A DNA stretch of 64,000 nt, from NCBI RefSeq assembly GCF_009834535.1, contig NC_045701.1, positions 66,216,001 to 66,280,000 of the forward strand, read 5' to 3'. A program made the translations under genes and the position numbers. The stretch's first letter is position 1; each line of letters begins with the position of its first letter. Shown here piece by piece: positions 43,151 through 55,430 of this stretch. Below the pieces are notes generated by a model, which saw nothing but the letters and a program-made list of their open reading frames with translations, made no database searches and was not told the origin of the DNA. Origin of the DNA: Camelus ferus (taxonomy: Eukaryota).

Positions 43151-46100
43151 AAATTTTTGCAAAAGGTCTAATTGTTAATGAAATGGGCAGAAACCAGGTT
43201 CTTCCACTACGGGAAAGGCTATCTCTTACCACCCATGTCTGATGGTCCTAGAAAACCCCTCCCCAACCTTTATACTCATGTGTAGGGAAGGATCTGAATG
43301 GGAATCAGAGAAAGGAAAACAACAAAATAGGATGTCTGTATTTTTCTTTTCTCTGAGTCTGGTTTTGCAGCTGTAAAAGTGTATACCACTCTTAAAGTTA
43401 AAAATTCCAGACATTTTATCTCCTGATATTTGGCTACAGCCTCTTCTACCAGGTATAAGGATTTGGCAGAGCTGGCTTTATGGGAGTGGAACTTGTCTGG
43501 TCACACGGGGATCCTGGGCTAGGAAGGGTCCTGTGCTTGGTTGAAGGCTCCAGAGTGGTCATCTTGAAATTGTTAATAATATTTGAATGAGAGGCCATGC
43601 ATTTTCAATTTGCTCTGGTCACTGCAAGTTTTGTCGCTAGTCCTCTCATGTAGGAGATAAGAACAATGTACTATGACACAGAGTAGCTGTAGCCATGAAC
43701 TACCCCAGAGCCGAAGCTGACATGCTGTGGCACCACTTGTTGACTCACTCTCTTTGTGAGAGTGATAACAGGGGTCTTATGGAAATGCAAGTGGCCACAG
43801 GAAGCACGCAGGGATGTCCACTCCCCCGCCCTGCAGAAAGGGCCGGCGGTGATGTCAGAGCAGGAGCTCAGCACTGTTCCCATCAGAAGACTAGAGGGAA
43901 TGGAGGTGGAGGAGGCCCTGATCCTATTTGAAAATCCTGGGAGAATGGGGGAGTTGGCTCATCGTTCCCTGAGTTTGGGTTTGCTGATACCCAGGACTGA
44001 TGGCAAATGCTCTGATTTCAATGCCTCTGATACGAGCTCGTCCTTCTGATCTGAGGTCAGAGTTCAGAGCCTTTGGTAACCCCTGTTTTGAAGCCAAGCT
44101 ATAAAGCCACTCCACCATTAGACAGGGCTCTGTTTAAATAGGTGGGGTGATGGCTGGGAAGGGTTGCAATATAACCATGTTAGGGGAAGCGTCTGGCTCC
44201 CCACTATAGGCTGCCCTGGGGTCTGGGGCCCCTGCCTCTGCTTTAGCCATAAAGAAGCTAAATTGAAGGGCAGAGCTGAGAAGGAGAATGGGTGTCATCT
44301 GGTTTGGCTCCTGTCTTCACTCCGGTTTCTAATTCACAGATTTGCCGCTACCTTGCTCCTCTGGCTTCCTCAATTGTTCATAACTTCTCCTGATGACCCC
44401 AGACTCCTGATACCTCCAAGGAAGCTTCTCTGTGGCTGCTGGGTCTCAAGCCATCTCTGCTGAGCCCAGCATTCTCCTCCAACACTAACGTCATTAAATA
44501 TTAGGGAGGAAAAGTCGATTTTTTGATTCTTAGGCTCTGACCACTGTGAAATCAGCCAGGGCTGGGGTGATTTGGGCGGATGGGGGGAGGGGACATCTGT
44601 GAGACATACCATCTGGACAGGACTTAAGATGTATAAAGCATTGGTACAATCACAAAGCACCAGCAGCCCATTAAAAAACCCAGGTCCTTTTTTGCTGGAT
44701 TCTCATCATTCCTCTCTTCCTGTTCTGCTGCAAAAGATCTTTCAAGGAGAAAAGAAGTCCAAGCTGCCTGGACTATTTGGCTTCTGCACTAATGTCAAAA
44801 TTTATGAATTACCTATCATTATTGGGCATCTGGAGACACGGGTTCACTGCTTCCCCAGACCACTTACTTCCTCAGAATATGGGGCATATTAACCCCAGAC
44901 TGCAACACTGCTTAGGCAGAATTTTGGCATCCTCAGCTGCCCTGTGCTGTCTCTACACTGTCTGCCCCCAGGGCAGTTCTCTGGCTGGCTTCGAGTTGGC
45001 AGCCTGCTCGCAGCCCGGCGTTGTCATGGAGAAGGTTTTTAGAAATGTACTGCTGGATTGCAGGCGTATTTCTGCCACCTGGAAACAAGTGGGTTTGTAG
45101 AAAAGCGACAATGCAGGGAGAGAAAGGGCTCTTGGAGGGCGGAGCTGGTGCCTGGGTAGCTGGCTGCAGCAAAGGACCGGGAGCCTGCATTGCTGTTTGC
45201 TATTTGGTATTCTGGGCAGGCAGCTGTGTGCTGCTCCACTTGCTCCCTGCAGGACCCCATGGGAGCGTGCACTCAGACAGGAGGCCACAGCCTCTGCAGA
45301 AAAGTTTGCAGATTCTAAGAAAATGAACTGTTGTGCCACCCAATCTGTGGGAGGAGCCCAAGTGGGCTCCCATTTTAGACACACTAATGTAAATTTTTGC
45401 TTCCTGCAGGCAGAAAAGCTGCCCTTTGCCTGTGCACAAAAGCAGGTTGCCCTTGACCTGTCTGTGCGGGTTGCTTAAGGGACAACTCTCTCTGCAGGAG
45501 ACCTGGATGCCACAGCCATCTGGGCTTCCGCCCCTCAACTCCCACCCTCCAGTTCCTGCAGGGGCTTCAGAGAGCCCATTTAGGGCACCAGTCACTCTGC
45601 TGTTTTCTGCTTTGCAGGTCAAAAAACAGTTGAATATCAACAATTTCATACTGTTCAGCCAAATTGAAAGCTTCAGGGCAATCTGGCATCTTTCATTGTG
45701 ATTAGATGATGAGAACATGAAAGCAAAGTAATAGAGTTCTTTCTTGTCTGATAAACATGATCTATTACCTTCTAAATTGTTTTAAATTCCAATGCTCTGT
45801 GTACATTTCAAGCCTTCACCTTCCAAATGCTGTATCTGCAACTAGTCGTGCCCTCAAAGTTACAAAGCATACTGTCTGCCTTTCCCTTGAGCTTTGTTGA
45901 CTTTTTCTGCTACTAGAGGTAGAAATTATCTCTGTTCTGGTGCACATGTGGAGAAGAGGTATCTCAAAAGTACCTTTGGATGGATTCCGAGAATTAAATA
46001 CATATATACTTTCTTGTGCTTAATCACCAGCTCTAGAAATTCTGTATGTTTTCATCACTTGTACATTCTTTTTGCTAGAATTTTTGGCGACTTTTGGGAA

Positions 46101-46263
46101 GTCATCTTAGAAACATCTTGCCTACCCTTGTCTATGTAGATCTGACACGTCTTTCAAACACATTTTGAGTTGGGACCTAAATAGCAACTATCAGTTTCTA
46201 AGGCACCTTCTCTCTCCTTTCTCCTCCCTGGGTTTTGCTTCAGCTGCTATGAGATAGCTCCAG

Positions 46264-46807
46264 CTTAGCAACCTAAATGTTCATCGACAGATGATTGGAT
46301 AAAGAAGTTGTGAGATAGATACACACACACACATACACATACACACGGTGGACNNNNNNNNNNNNNNNNNNNNNNNNNNNNNNNNNNNNNNNNNNNNNNN
46401 NNNNNNNNNNNNNNNNNNNNNNNNNNNNNNNNNNNNNNNNNNNNNNNNNNNNNNNNNNNNNNNNNNNNNNNNNNNNNNNNNNNNNNNNNNNNNNNNNACT
46501 TACTCGCAAAACAGAAACAGGCTCACAGACATAGAAAACAAACTTATGATTACCGGTGGGGAAAGAAGGGGGCGGACAAATTCGGAGTTTGGGATTGGCA
46601 GATACAGACTATTACATATAAAATAGATAAACAACAAAGACTTACTATACAACACAGGGAACTATATTCAATATCTTATAATAACTTATAATGGAAAAGA
46701 ATCTGAAAAAGAATAGATACATATGTATGTATAACTGAATCACTTTGCTGTACACTTGAAACTAACATAACATTGTAAATCAACTATACTTCAATAAACA
46801 AACAAAA
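46264..46807 (+). mobile_element. 5'-truncated L1 (3' ~540 bp) spanning the assembly gap
   Basis: agcaacctaaatgttcatcgacagatg...[N]...cacagacatagaaaacaaac...aatcaactatacttcaataaac. Candidate TSD gagatagctccag (46251) / gagatgactccag (46808). Confidence 0.8.
46354..46497. other. Assembly gap (144 N)
   Basis: Run of n. Confidence 0.99.
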
Positions 46808-47319
46808 GAGATGACTCCAGTGGTGGGCCTCTTATTCTGCTTTCAAGGTACTGACTTATTTAGCCGTTCTCCAACTCACAAGATATACATCCCACTTGAA
46901 TTTTTCTCTCTGTGGCTTCCTCTAGTTTTCCCCAGCCTGTCTGTTTTTTGATTCTCTTCCCATTTTCTACACTGTCACTGCATTTTCTCCTTTCTTGGAC
47001 GTAATGATGCTCTTGCTTTAATGACCCTTTAAAAATCAGCTTTTTCTCTCCCCAAATAAGCCCACTTTCCTTCCTCCTTGTCATTTGCTTCCACTTATTT
47101 TAGTGGCGGCAGGAAGTGGGAACCCCAGAATTCTTGACCCACCTATGGCAACAGAGACAGACTGAAACATAAGGCCAGAGCTTTTGGCTGAGCCCAGATC
47201 AGACAATTAAACTGCTCCACTCCTAATATCCTTTTGCTGTGAATCTCAAGAGGCAGGAAGGGCTGGTCTAGTAAGTGACATGTGTATCAGATGAAGTTAA
47301 GCCCACTTAAACTGAATTC

Positions 47320-47489
47320 CCCAAGCTCAGTTCTGCCCCATACTAGCTGTGTGACCTTGGGCAAGTCACTTAAACTTGGTGCCTCAATTTTCTCCTTTGT
47401 AAAATAGGAATAATAATGCACTTACCTCCTAGAGATCTTGTGAGGATGAAGTGCTTAAAACAGTCAGCTGCACAGTGTAGGTGCTTAGT
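47320..47489 (+). mobile_element. MIR fragment, derived copy of the 49213-49381 element
   Basis: ~92% identical to 49213-49381 by manual alignment; flanked by 34-bp direct repeats. Confidence 0.85.
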
Positions 47490-48125
47490 GCCCATTAGAT
47501 GAGGTTAAGCGCACTTAAACTAGATTCCCCTTTGCAGGAAGGAAGCCGGTGAACCACCAGGTTTTCTCACTTAAACCCCTGGCTTCACAAAATAGTGAAA
47601 ACAAACACTCACCAAAGTATGAAGGAGGAATAGCCAGTTATAACTGAGAATACTGAGTACAGTTAACACTCAGAAAATAAGAAGGGCCACAGGCAGCTCA
47701 GAGGTGGAGAGGGAGGAGGAGAGACTTCTGTTGAACTGCTCTAATAGGTAGCTTTTTCCCCTCCTGCCTTCAGCCAGATGAAATCTTCCAGAAAATCACA
47801 TACTTAGGGAGAGTTGGGAAGCCCAGTTTTTGACACCTGCAGCCACCCCAATAAAATTAGAATGAGGGCGAGTGTCTAGAGGAGGAAGCCCCAGCACAAT
47901 GTTTAGCCAGGGGAGGGGACTTAGTCATATTACTCAAGAGGGATGAATGGTATCTGACTTCCCTTTGAGCTCTCACATATCACAAGCCGGTGGTCTGGGA
48001 AGTGGAAGCCTAGCCCCAAAGGACAAAAATCTGCCAGGAAGGAAAGAGTTGCCAAGGAAGAAGGAGGTAAGAAGGCTGTTAATCATACTTACAAAATGAA
48101 CTTGACTTGGACTTGCCTTCTAGAG

Positions 48126-48312
48126 CAGTGGTCCTCAAACTTTAAAGAGCAGCATGAATCACCCGGGGGAATTGCCAAAAAAAAAAAAAAAAAAAAAAAA
48201 AAGCAGACTCTGATTCAGAAGGTCTAGGGTGGGACCTGAGTTCTTCATTTCTAACCAGTTCCCAGTGATGCCAATGCTGCTGGTCTGTAGACCACACTCT
48301 GGAGTAGCAAAG
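48126..48312. mobile_element. MER5-like hAT element with an internal A26 tract
   Basis: cagtggtcctcaaact...ccacactctggagtagca; flanked by ttctagag on both sides. Confidence 0.75.
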
Positions 48313-48320
48313 TTCTAGAG

Positions 48321-48529
48321 CAGCACTGCCCATTAGAACTTTCTGTGATGATGGACATGTTCTACATCTGTGCTGTCCAGCATGGTGGCCACCAGTCACA
48401 TGTGGCTACTGAACACTTAAAATGTGGCTGGTGCAACGGAGTAGCTTAATTTTTGGTTTTATTTAAATTTGAAAAATTTAAATTTAAATAGGCATAAGTG
48501 GTTAGTGACTACTGAATTGGAAGGCACAG
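48321..48529. mobile_element. MER3-like hAT element
   Basis: cagcactgcccattagaactttctgtgatgatgg...gccaccagtcacatgtggctactg...; ttctagag flanks. Confidence 0.75.
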
Positions 48530-48537
48530 TTCTAGAG

Positions 48538-48895
48538 CAGGGGTTCTCCAACTTAAATGCACATCAGAATCACCTGCAGGATTTATGAAAAAGCAGATTG
48601 CAAGGAGGGGCAAGATAGGGGTAAGGGATTAAGGGATACAAACGACTACGTATAAAATAGATAAGCAATAAGGATGTATAGTACAGGGAAATTTAGTCAT
48701 TATTTTGTAATATTCTTTAAATGGAGTAAAATCTGTAAAAAATATATTGCATCACTATGTTGTACACCTGAAACTAATATAATATTATAAATCAACTACA
48801 CTTCAATTAAAAAAAAACACAGATTGCTAGGTCCATCCCCTGGAATATCTGATGCTCAGCCTGCTGGCCCAGGGACCACTGCTGGAGATCTTCTG
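48538..48895. mobile_element. MER5-like hAT element interrupted by an L1 tail
   Basis: caggggttctccaactt...catcagaatcacctg...cagattgctagg; right flank ctctagag. Confidence 0.65.
48602..48817 (+). mobile_element. 5'-truncated L1 3' tail
   Basis: aaacgactacgtataaaatagataagcaataagg...aatcaactacacttcaattaaaaaaaaa; cagattgc duplicated at 48594 and 48820. Confidence 0.8.
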
Positions 48896-49212
48896 CTCTA
48901 GAGCATGCTCCATTCCAGCTGGGTTAAGCTTTAGGGTCAGCACAAGAGGCCCTCATCCATTCTCTGGGCAGTGAGCCTCAAGTCCATCCTCAGTGCCAGT
49001 GGAACCCACCTGGTTCAGATGACATCTGAGCTTTCTCCCTGCAGGCCTTACATAAGGGCACAGCAGGCAGTGATTCAAAGGGCTGACACTGGAAGGCTTC
49101 AGGAGGGATACTCTGTTAAAAAAACAAAACAAAACATCTTTCCCACTGACTTCCAAGAAGCTACAGAACATACTAGTTTATAAGTAGCTGCTGTATAGCC
49201 ATACTAACTGAG

Positions 49213-49400
49213 CCCAAGCCCGGTTCTGCCCAACACTAGCTGTGTGACCTTGGGCAAGTCATTTAAACTTGGTGCCTCAATTTTCTCCTTTGTAAATGGG
49301 AATAATAATATACTTAGCTCCTAGAGATCTTGTGAGGATGAAGTGCTTTAAACAGTCAGCTGCACAGTGTAAGTGCTTAGTACACACTAGCTATCATTAC
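49213..49400 (+). mobile_element. MIR, probable donor copy
   Basis: ctagctgtgtgaccttgggcaagtc...gtaagtgcttag...ctagctatcatta; keeps the MIR 3' tail. Confidence 0.85.
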
Positions 49401-52400
49401 CCCTGCAATCCCAGCATCAGCAAATTGTTCCCTTTCCCTATGTGTTTTGCTCACCCTGCAGGTTCTCTTGAAACTAGCAGATGTTCCTGGGTGGCACACT
49501 CTGCTTCCTCCACTATTTTGCTGAGAGCTTGGGAGGCCTTTAAGGTCCACTCGGGCCTCTCTCTTTCTAGGGTATCCAAGGGCAGAAGAAACATGACAAT
49601 GCAGGAGAGCTCCCAGCAGCGTGCCTCACTCGTTGTCCTCACTTCCAGATGCACAGTGCAAGCCAGTACAGGCCAGGTGGCCTGTTCAGCACCTCTGTGC
49701 ATTGATGTGCATCCAGACTGGGGAATGGATTTCTACAAATCCAGCCCTGCCACTAACCTTTATACAGCTGTCTGTGGGGACAGGGGAGCGAGAAAGGAAG
49801 TGGGAGCGTTTTCTGAGCCTTCTCAGAGAAAGTCATTTGTTGAGGATTAAGTGATGCTAGTGGACACTCAGTTCTCTCATTCCTGTTCCAACATCTGTTC
49901 CTACAGTGATCCCATCAGCGCTCCCCCGAGGTGGGCTTATCCTTGACCCTCATCCTCATCCTCCTGTGGCTACAGCAAAGATAGCTGCATATCCCAGAAT
50001 TCCTGCCAGGTACCACATCCTGCAGTACCAGAGCACCCCAGAACAGCTCTCCCACACCCTCTTCTACTTGGTTCCAATAAAGATGCTACCAAAGCATTTG
50101 AGTCTAACCACGACAAAAACACAACCTCTTTTCCCAAAGAAAGGTATATAAATTTGAAAACATTCTGTCATTTAGTCATCATTTAGGAAGTTTGAAAATA
50201 AAATTTCAAAAATCATCATTACATGTCAATTTTATTGCCAAACATTTGGTAAACATGGTAACCTCCCCCAACCCCAGACTATGACACGACTGGGGACCCA
50301 CTATTTCAGAGCCCCTTCCTTTGGAATGTTTAGGGGATTGCCACACAGCATGGGATACAGATAGTTGCAAGGGGCGGCCATCCAAGCTTAGTGTCCACCG
50401 GTACCACCAGGCTGAAGTTCAGCCTACCCCATACTTTCCTTTACCACCCTCCCAAGTTCAGAATAACAGTACCCCCAAGTTGAGTGCTATTTGCCAGGGA
50501 CTGTGCTGCTTTCCAAGCATTAACTCGTTTATTAACTCCCTACCAAGTAGGACTTACTGTCCCCATTTTACAGATGATGAGAGGGGCCTGTGGAATAGTA
50601 GGTAATAGTTTAAATAAGTCAACAGAGCTTGTTATTTGCCAAACTCTTTGCTTTGAAGGTATGGTAACCACATGGACTGGATGTTCAGAACTTTGTAGGT
50701 ATCAGTCATTCTGTCACACTGAGATGTTCTAAATGTCCACATTTTGGCATCCAAATTCCATTTCCCAGCCAGCCTCTCACACTAAGTAGGGGGAAGAAGT
50801 ACAGGGGTGGTATGAAAATTCTTTGTCACTCACATGGCTCAGTGACAGAACTGGGACATATGGACACCATGCTTATAAGCCTGAGACTGCAGCAGCCTTG
50901 GAGCTGGAGGTAGGTGGAATGATTGGACCCCTACCAAGGGGCAGCTCATTTTCCCCAGGGTGTACCCTTCTCTGAAAGAACGAGATGGCTGCAGATCCCA
51001 TTCCTCTGCAAGAACGCTGATGCTGGGATCGGCAGGAGTGTGTGTGTGCGTGCGCATGTCCACTCTAACACAGGGGTAGAGGTGGATCGTCTTTCTGACA
51101 GTCCTGTGAATTGTGCAAGCATCTGACACAAAAACATGCCACCAATACTGTACTAGTGGAGAGGAAGAAAAAGGCATGAACACTTCAAAATGATAGCTAA
51201 TTTAAAAATCACTTCAAACTAGGTTTCTATGCTCACATGGGACATGACAGGATTCGATGAAGCAGGAAGTAACAACACAGCAAATGGTGATTACCTGTGT
51301 TCTTCAGAAAGAAACCACCCTCCCCTTCTATAGCCTAACACCTGCTGCCAACTGCAACCTCTGTCCCAGCCTTGACCTATGAGAAGCCAAAGCAGCACCA
51401 GGGAGAGTAGGAGGGGCTGAGGGCATGTAGGGGTTGCACCAGAGCTCCGTGGAACAGAGCATGTATGTGAGCAGACAAAGTGCTCTTGTGTAAAGACTCA
51501 CATAACCAAAGCACATCACCAGGCGTGATTCTGCAGGTGCTGTATCAGACACGCAAAGCCAACGTGTCACATATAAGGCCTAAACAACATTTCTAGAATG
51601 GAGAGTTGTCTGCTGGGACTCTGGGACCTCTTTCCAGGCTGTGTTGAGAAATGCCAGATTTCCCATGCTCCTGTGCCAAATGTTTTCCTAGGACGTGCAG
51701 GGTGGAGATGCAGTCAAACCATGGAGAAAAGGCAAATCTGTGTAGCAACCTGGGGGTACCCTCAATCACCTGGAAGTCTTAAGAAGTAGGATATTCTGGT
51801 TCACTAAACGTTCTCATCAATTTAGTACTGATCAGATACCTCTTCTTGTTGTGACTTGAAAGCTGGAAATGCTTCTGAAGTGTTCAGGGTCTTGTCTTAG
51901 CAAGAACAGTCGAATGATGGAGCTGGTACCCTGTTCTGGTGATCTGGGACTCTGCGTGGCCTAAGGCTTGGTTCTCTAGGTCAATGATCATTTATGCTGC
52001 CTCTTGTTAAAGGCAACACAGATAATGCCCTTTAAGGTAATTAATCTCTTTTTTACTGTAATTTAAAGTTGATTAAGTACATGACCTTATGAATTTGACC
52101 TGATTAATCAAGCCTCCTCCGAGGGAAAGAGAACAATGGTGACTGGATAATGGCTGGCTGGAGGATGGCGTGGTCCAGGAAACTTGAAAAGGCTTGAAAT
52201 TAGTGCTTGAAGGACCATCAGGTCTGTCTGTGGTTGGATACCACCACAGAGTGGAAAGGCAGTTAAGCCCAATGGGGAAATAAAGGTGTCTGCTCACAAC
52301 ATTGCAGCACAAATGGCCTCCAGGGTCAATGATCAGAGAGACTCTGTCTCCCCAGCACCAAGAGCAATGCCTGGTACGTAGCAGGTGCTCAATACTAATC

Positions 52401-54197
52401 TGTCAAATGAATAGAGGCCTGTCCATTTGACCTGTTCTATACAGGCATCCTCTGGTCACCATTCATTTGTCCCTCATCCACCCGTGGTCTACCCCCTTCT
52501 CCATCCAGTATTTACGTGCTTACCACATGAGGTGCTAAACCATGGGCCACAGGGGAGTCAATGGTGAATGAGACAGAGCCCCTTACATAGAGTCCATCAC
52601 CCCTCTGTTTCAGTGGACTTTTTAAAGGAGGGGGGATGATACGTGGTGGACTTTATAGAATGTCCTGAACACAAACTGCATTCTCTTGTGCCTTCACTAC
52701 CCTACAGACTCTTTGTCTTTGGAAAATTCTGCTTACTGTTCCCACTGAAGACTCACAGTCTGTGTGCTTCCGAAAGGAAACTTCCATCTCCCTGTCCAGA
52801 TGTGGCGTAGACATTGGTCATTGCCTGAGCAGGACACTGGGTTGGCTTCACTGATGATTCTATCCAAAACAGCTTGGTCTTGCTTGTTTCCTGGGTAACA
52901 CACCAAACTAAAGTTTTTTCCAATTCTTCCCATTCCTCCTCCTTCCACCTCATATTCTCTCTGTTCTGAGCAACAGGATGTTCAAAGAGGGCAAATGTGA
53001 AGGCCTGTGGCCATTTCAACGCTGTATTTTCCAGGATTGCAAGAACTTCCAGCATGGCGCTCGGAGATAAATTCTGGGCACTTGTGAGAATGTTCAGAGA
53101 AGTAAGACTTTCTCTGTCCATCAGCTCCACCATCCCCCACCCTTCCAATTTTCTCTTGCTGCATTTCAGAGTAAGAAACATTTCTCCTCTCTGGCATCAC
53201 ATCCTAGAGAAGAAGACAAATAAAGGGCACAGCAAAGGATCCTGGAAATTCCTCCTCCTCAAAGAGCAACATGACCATTTATCCTAGAATACAGAGATGG
53301 CTCTATATACTAGAGGATGGGCTGAAACTTGGAAGAACTATTATTTATTATTAGCAGGTTTGGCTTTTGTTTTTGCTTTAATTCTTCTTAGCTATGTATA
53401 TTTTTTCCTTCCCACTGTGCTTTCCTCAAAGTGCAAGTCTCTAATTTGGTGACATTCAGACCTGGGCCTCTGCATCACATGTGACATTATGATCTGCAAT
53501 ATGCTTTTTGAGAACATTCCTTTCTGCACTAGGTCACGACGGTACATCACACTTTAGGCACAGGACAGTCACATGATCCTTTCTGGTTATAGTGATTGCA
53601 CCTGCCATTGCAAAATCTTAGAACTGAGGGCAGCACTTTGATTCTGATTCATCCTCACAATGTTTGCGTGAGGAGGGTGAAAATCATCATTGCCATTCTA
53701 CAGGTGGGGAAACCAAGGCACAGAGAGATGTGATCGACCAAAGTGACTCATTAAGTCAGAAAGCAAACTGACCAAAGGGCCAGGTAAGATCACCTTTCAG
53801 CGCCTTATCCAAAGAATCTGACAGTGTCCTTCTCAAATGAATGCATGTACTTTTGGAAGAAAGTAGTTTCAGGTGAAATTTTCTTTTAAGATCTCAAGGG
53901 CCCTCTATTAAATCAGGACCCACAAGGTAAGGACCAGTATCACATTAACATTTTGAGTTAAATGCTCCTGACTCACAGACAATGGCGATTATTATAGCTC
54001 ACTGACAACCCTGTTACCAGAATGAAAATTTGAGGAAAAATCCACCCATTCAAGAAATAAGCCTTGGTACAACTCCTTTCCAGGTTTCACGACATCTGAA
54101 GTGTAACATCTGAACACTGCTTCCTTCTACACAATATTCCTGTACCTGTTGGCATTTGTGAGGGGAAGGGGGATGCTGACAGAGTGTGAGAGTGTGA

Positions 54198-54202
<5 letters not shown>

Positions 54203-54230
<28 letters not shown>
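54203..54230. repeat. (TG)14 microsatellite
   Basis: Pure TG run. Confidence 0.9.
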
Positions 54231-54233
<3 letters not shown>

Positions 54234-54337
54234 CACCAGACATTTTAGGGATATGAAAGATGTCTAAGATAGTAGTTCTCTACCCTGATTCTTCTTTTTT
54301 TTTTTTTTTTTTGGTAACTTTCATTTCTTGATCCTGA

Positions 54338-54343
54338 TTTAAT
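54338..54343 (-). terminator. Candidate CCDC177 polyadenylation signal (ATTAAA)
   Basis: Plus tttaat, preceded on minus by U-rich tttttac; ~1.7 kb after the stop and 25 nt before a genomic A18 tract. Confidence 0.5.
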
Positions 54344-55289
54344 GTAAAAAGTAATGTTTTACTTCCCCCCTTCCCTGATGGAGGTATTGTCTTTGGGGGA
54401 ACATGGCTGGGGGCTGATTTCAGGAAGGGAAGCACTCGAACGGTTAAAGTTGCCCAAAGACAACTGAACAGGTCTTTTTGGACCAGAGAGTGGCCTGGTC
54501 CTGTGGGTATTTTCCCCCAGAGGCTCAATGACCATCTGTCTGTGATCCACTGCCCCTTCCTACGCCAGGAATCCATATTCCTAGAGACAAACTATGCCAA
54601 CAGCAGCCCTCCTGCCTCCCAACTCCAGGTCAAGAAAGGCACAAGGAAGACCAGCAAATAATACCGAGGCAGCGCTTTGGATCCGGGAGACCTTGAGGTA
54701 CCAGGAGAAGAGAACTGATGGCCCCATCTGGCCGATGGGGAAGCTGAGGCACGGAGAGACTGACTAAACTCTCAGTCATAGGTGAGAGAGAACCAGGGGT
54801 GTAAGGGGGATTCTCTTTCTCTTCACGTGGGGAAGGAGGGGAGGGGGGATACACTGCCAACCACAGCGAGCATGACCCTCACAGCAAAGAGGCAATTCCA
54901 GCTCTTTAGCCACCACAGTAAAGTAACTGCCCTCAGAGCAGCTGTGATGATTCCTTCATGGAGGGAATCCGACACCCCAGACTCTCTGGGGCCCACCCTT
55001 GGGACTGCATCTGGGGCTGAAGATTGAGGCAGAATTGGCCTGGGCAGGCACATAAGGTAGCTCTGCTTCTTAAGGCATGGCTGCTGTCTTCGAGGAGTGG
55101 GCCCCACCCTGGGAGGTGGGCATCTGACACCACCTCCCCTGAAACTACCCTGCAAGAAATCTCAATCGGGTGGAACACTGCTGCCCAAGGAACCCGCTTC
55201 CCCCAGGGGCTGGGGGCTTCCACTAGAGCTAAACAGCATCACCAAACCAACCGATTTCTTGTGTCACTTGGGAGAATAAGAAGGAGGGG

Positions 55290-55430
55290 AAAACCCAAAT
55301 TGATCATTATTTGCAGATGATTGTCTAACTAGAAAACCTAGGGGACTCAACCAAAAAACTATCAGAACTAAGACCAGAATTTGCACAAGTGGCAGATCAA
55401 AAGTCTAGCGTACAAAAATCAATAGCTTTG
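55290..55430 (+). mobile_element. Old L1 ORF2 (RT region) fragment in the predicted CCDC177 3'UTR
   Basis: ttatttgcagatgattgtctaactagaaaacct...caaaaaactatcagaactaa...tacaaaaatcaatagcttt, the degenerate LFADDM region. Confidence 0.7.

Noticed and set aside
26000-54000. A hidden coding gene or processed pseudogene in the intergenic interval
   Set aside because: The ORFs (up to 185 aa) show no recognisable homology or consistent exon chain, and many overlap L2, MIR or MLT relics. A tblastx or RNA-seq check would be needed to exclude a lncRNA.
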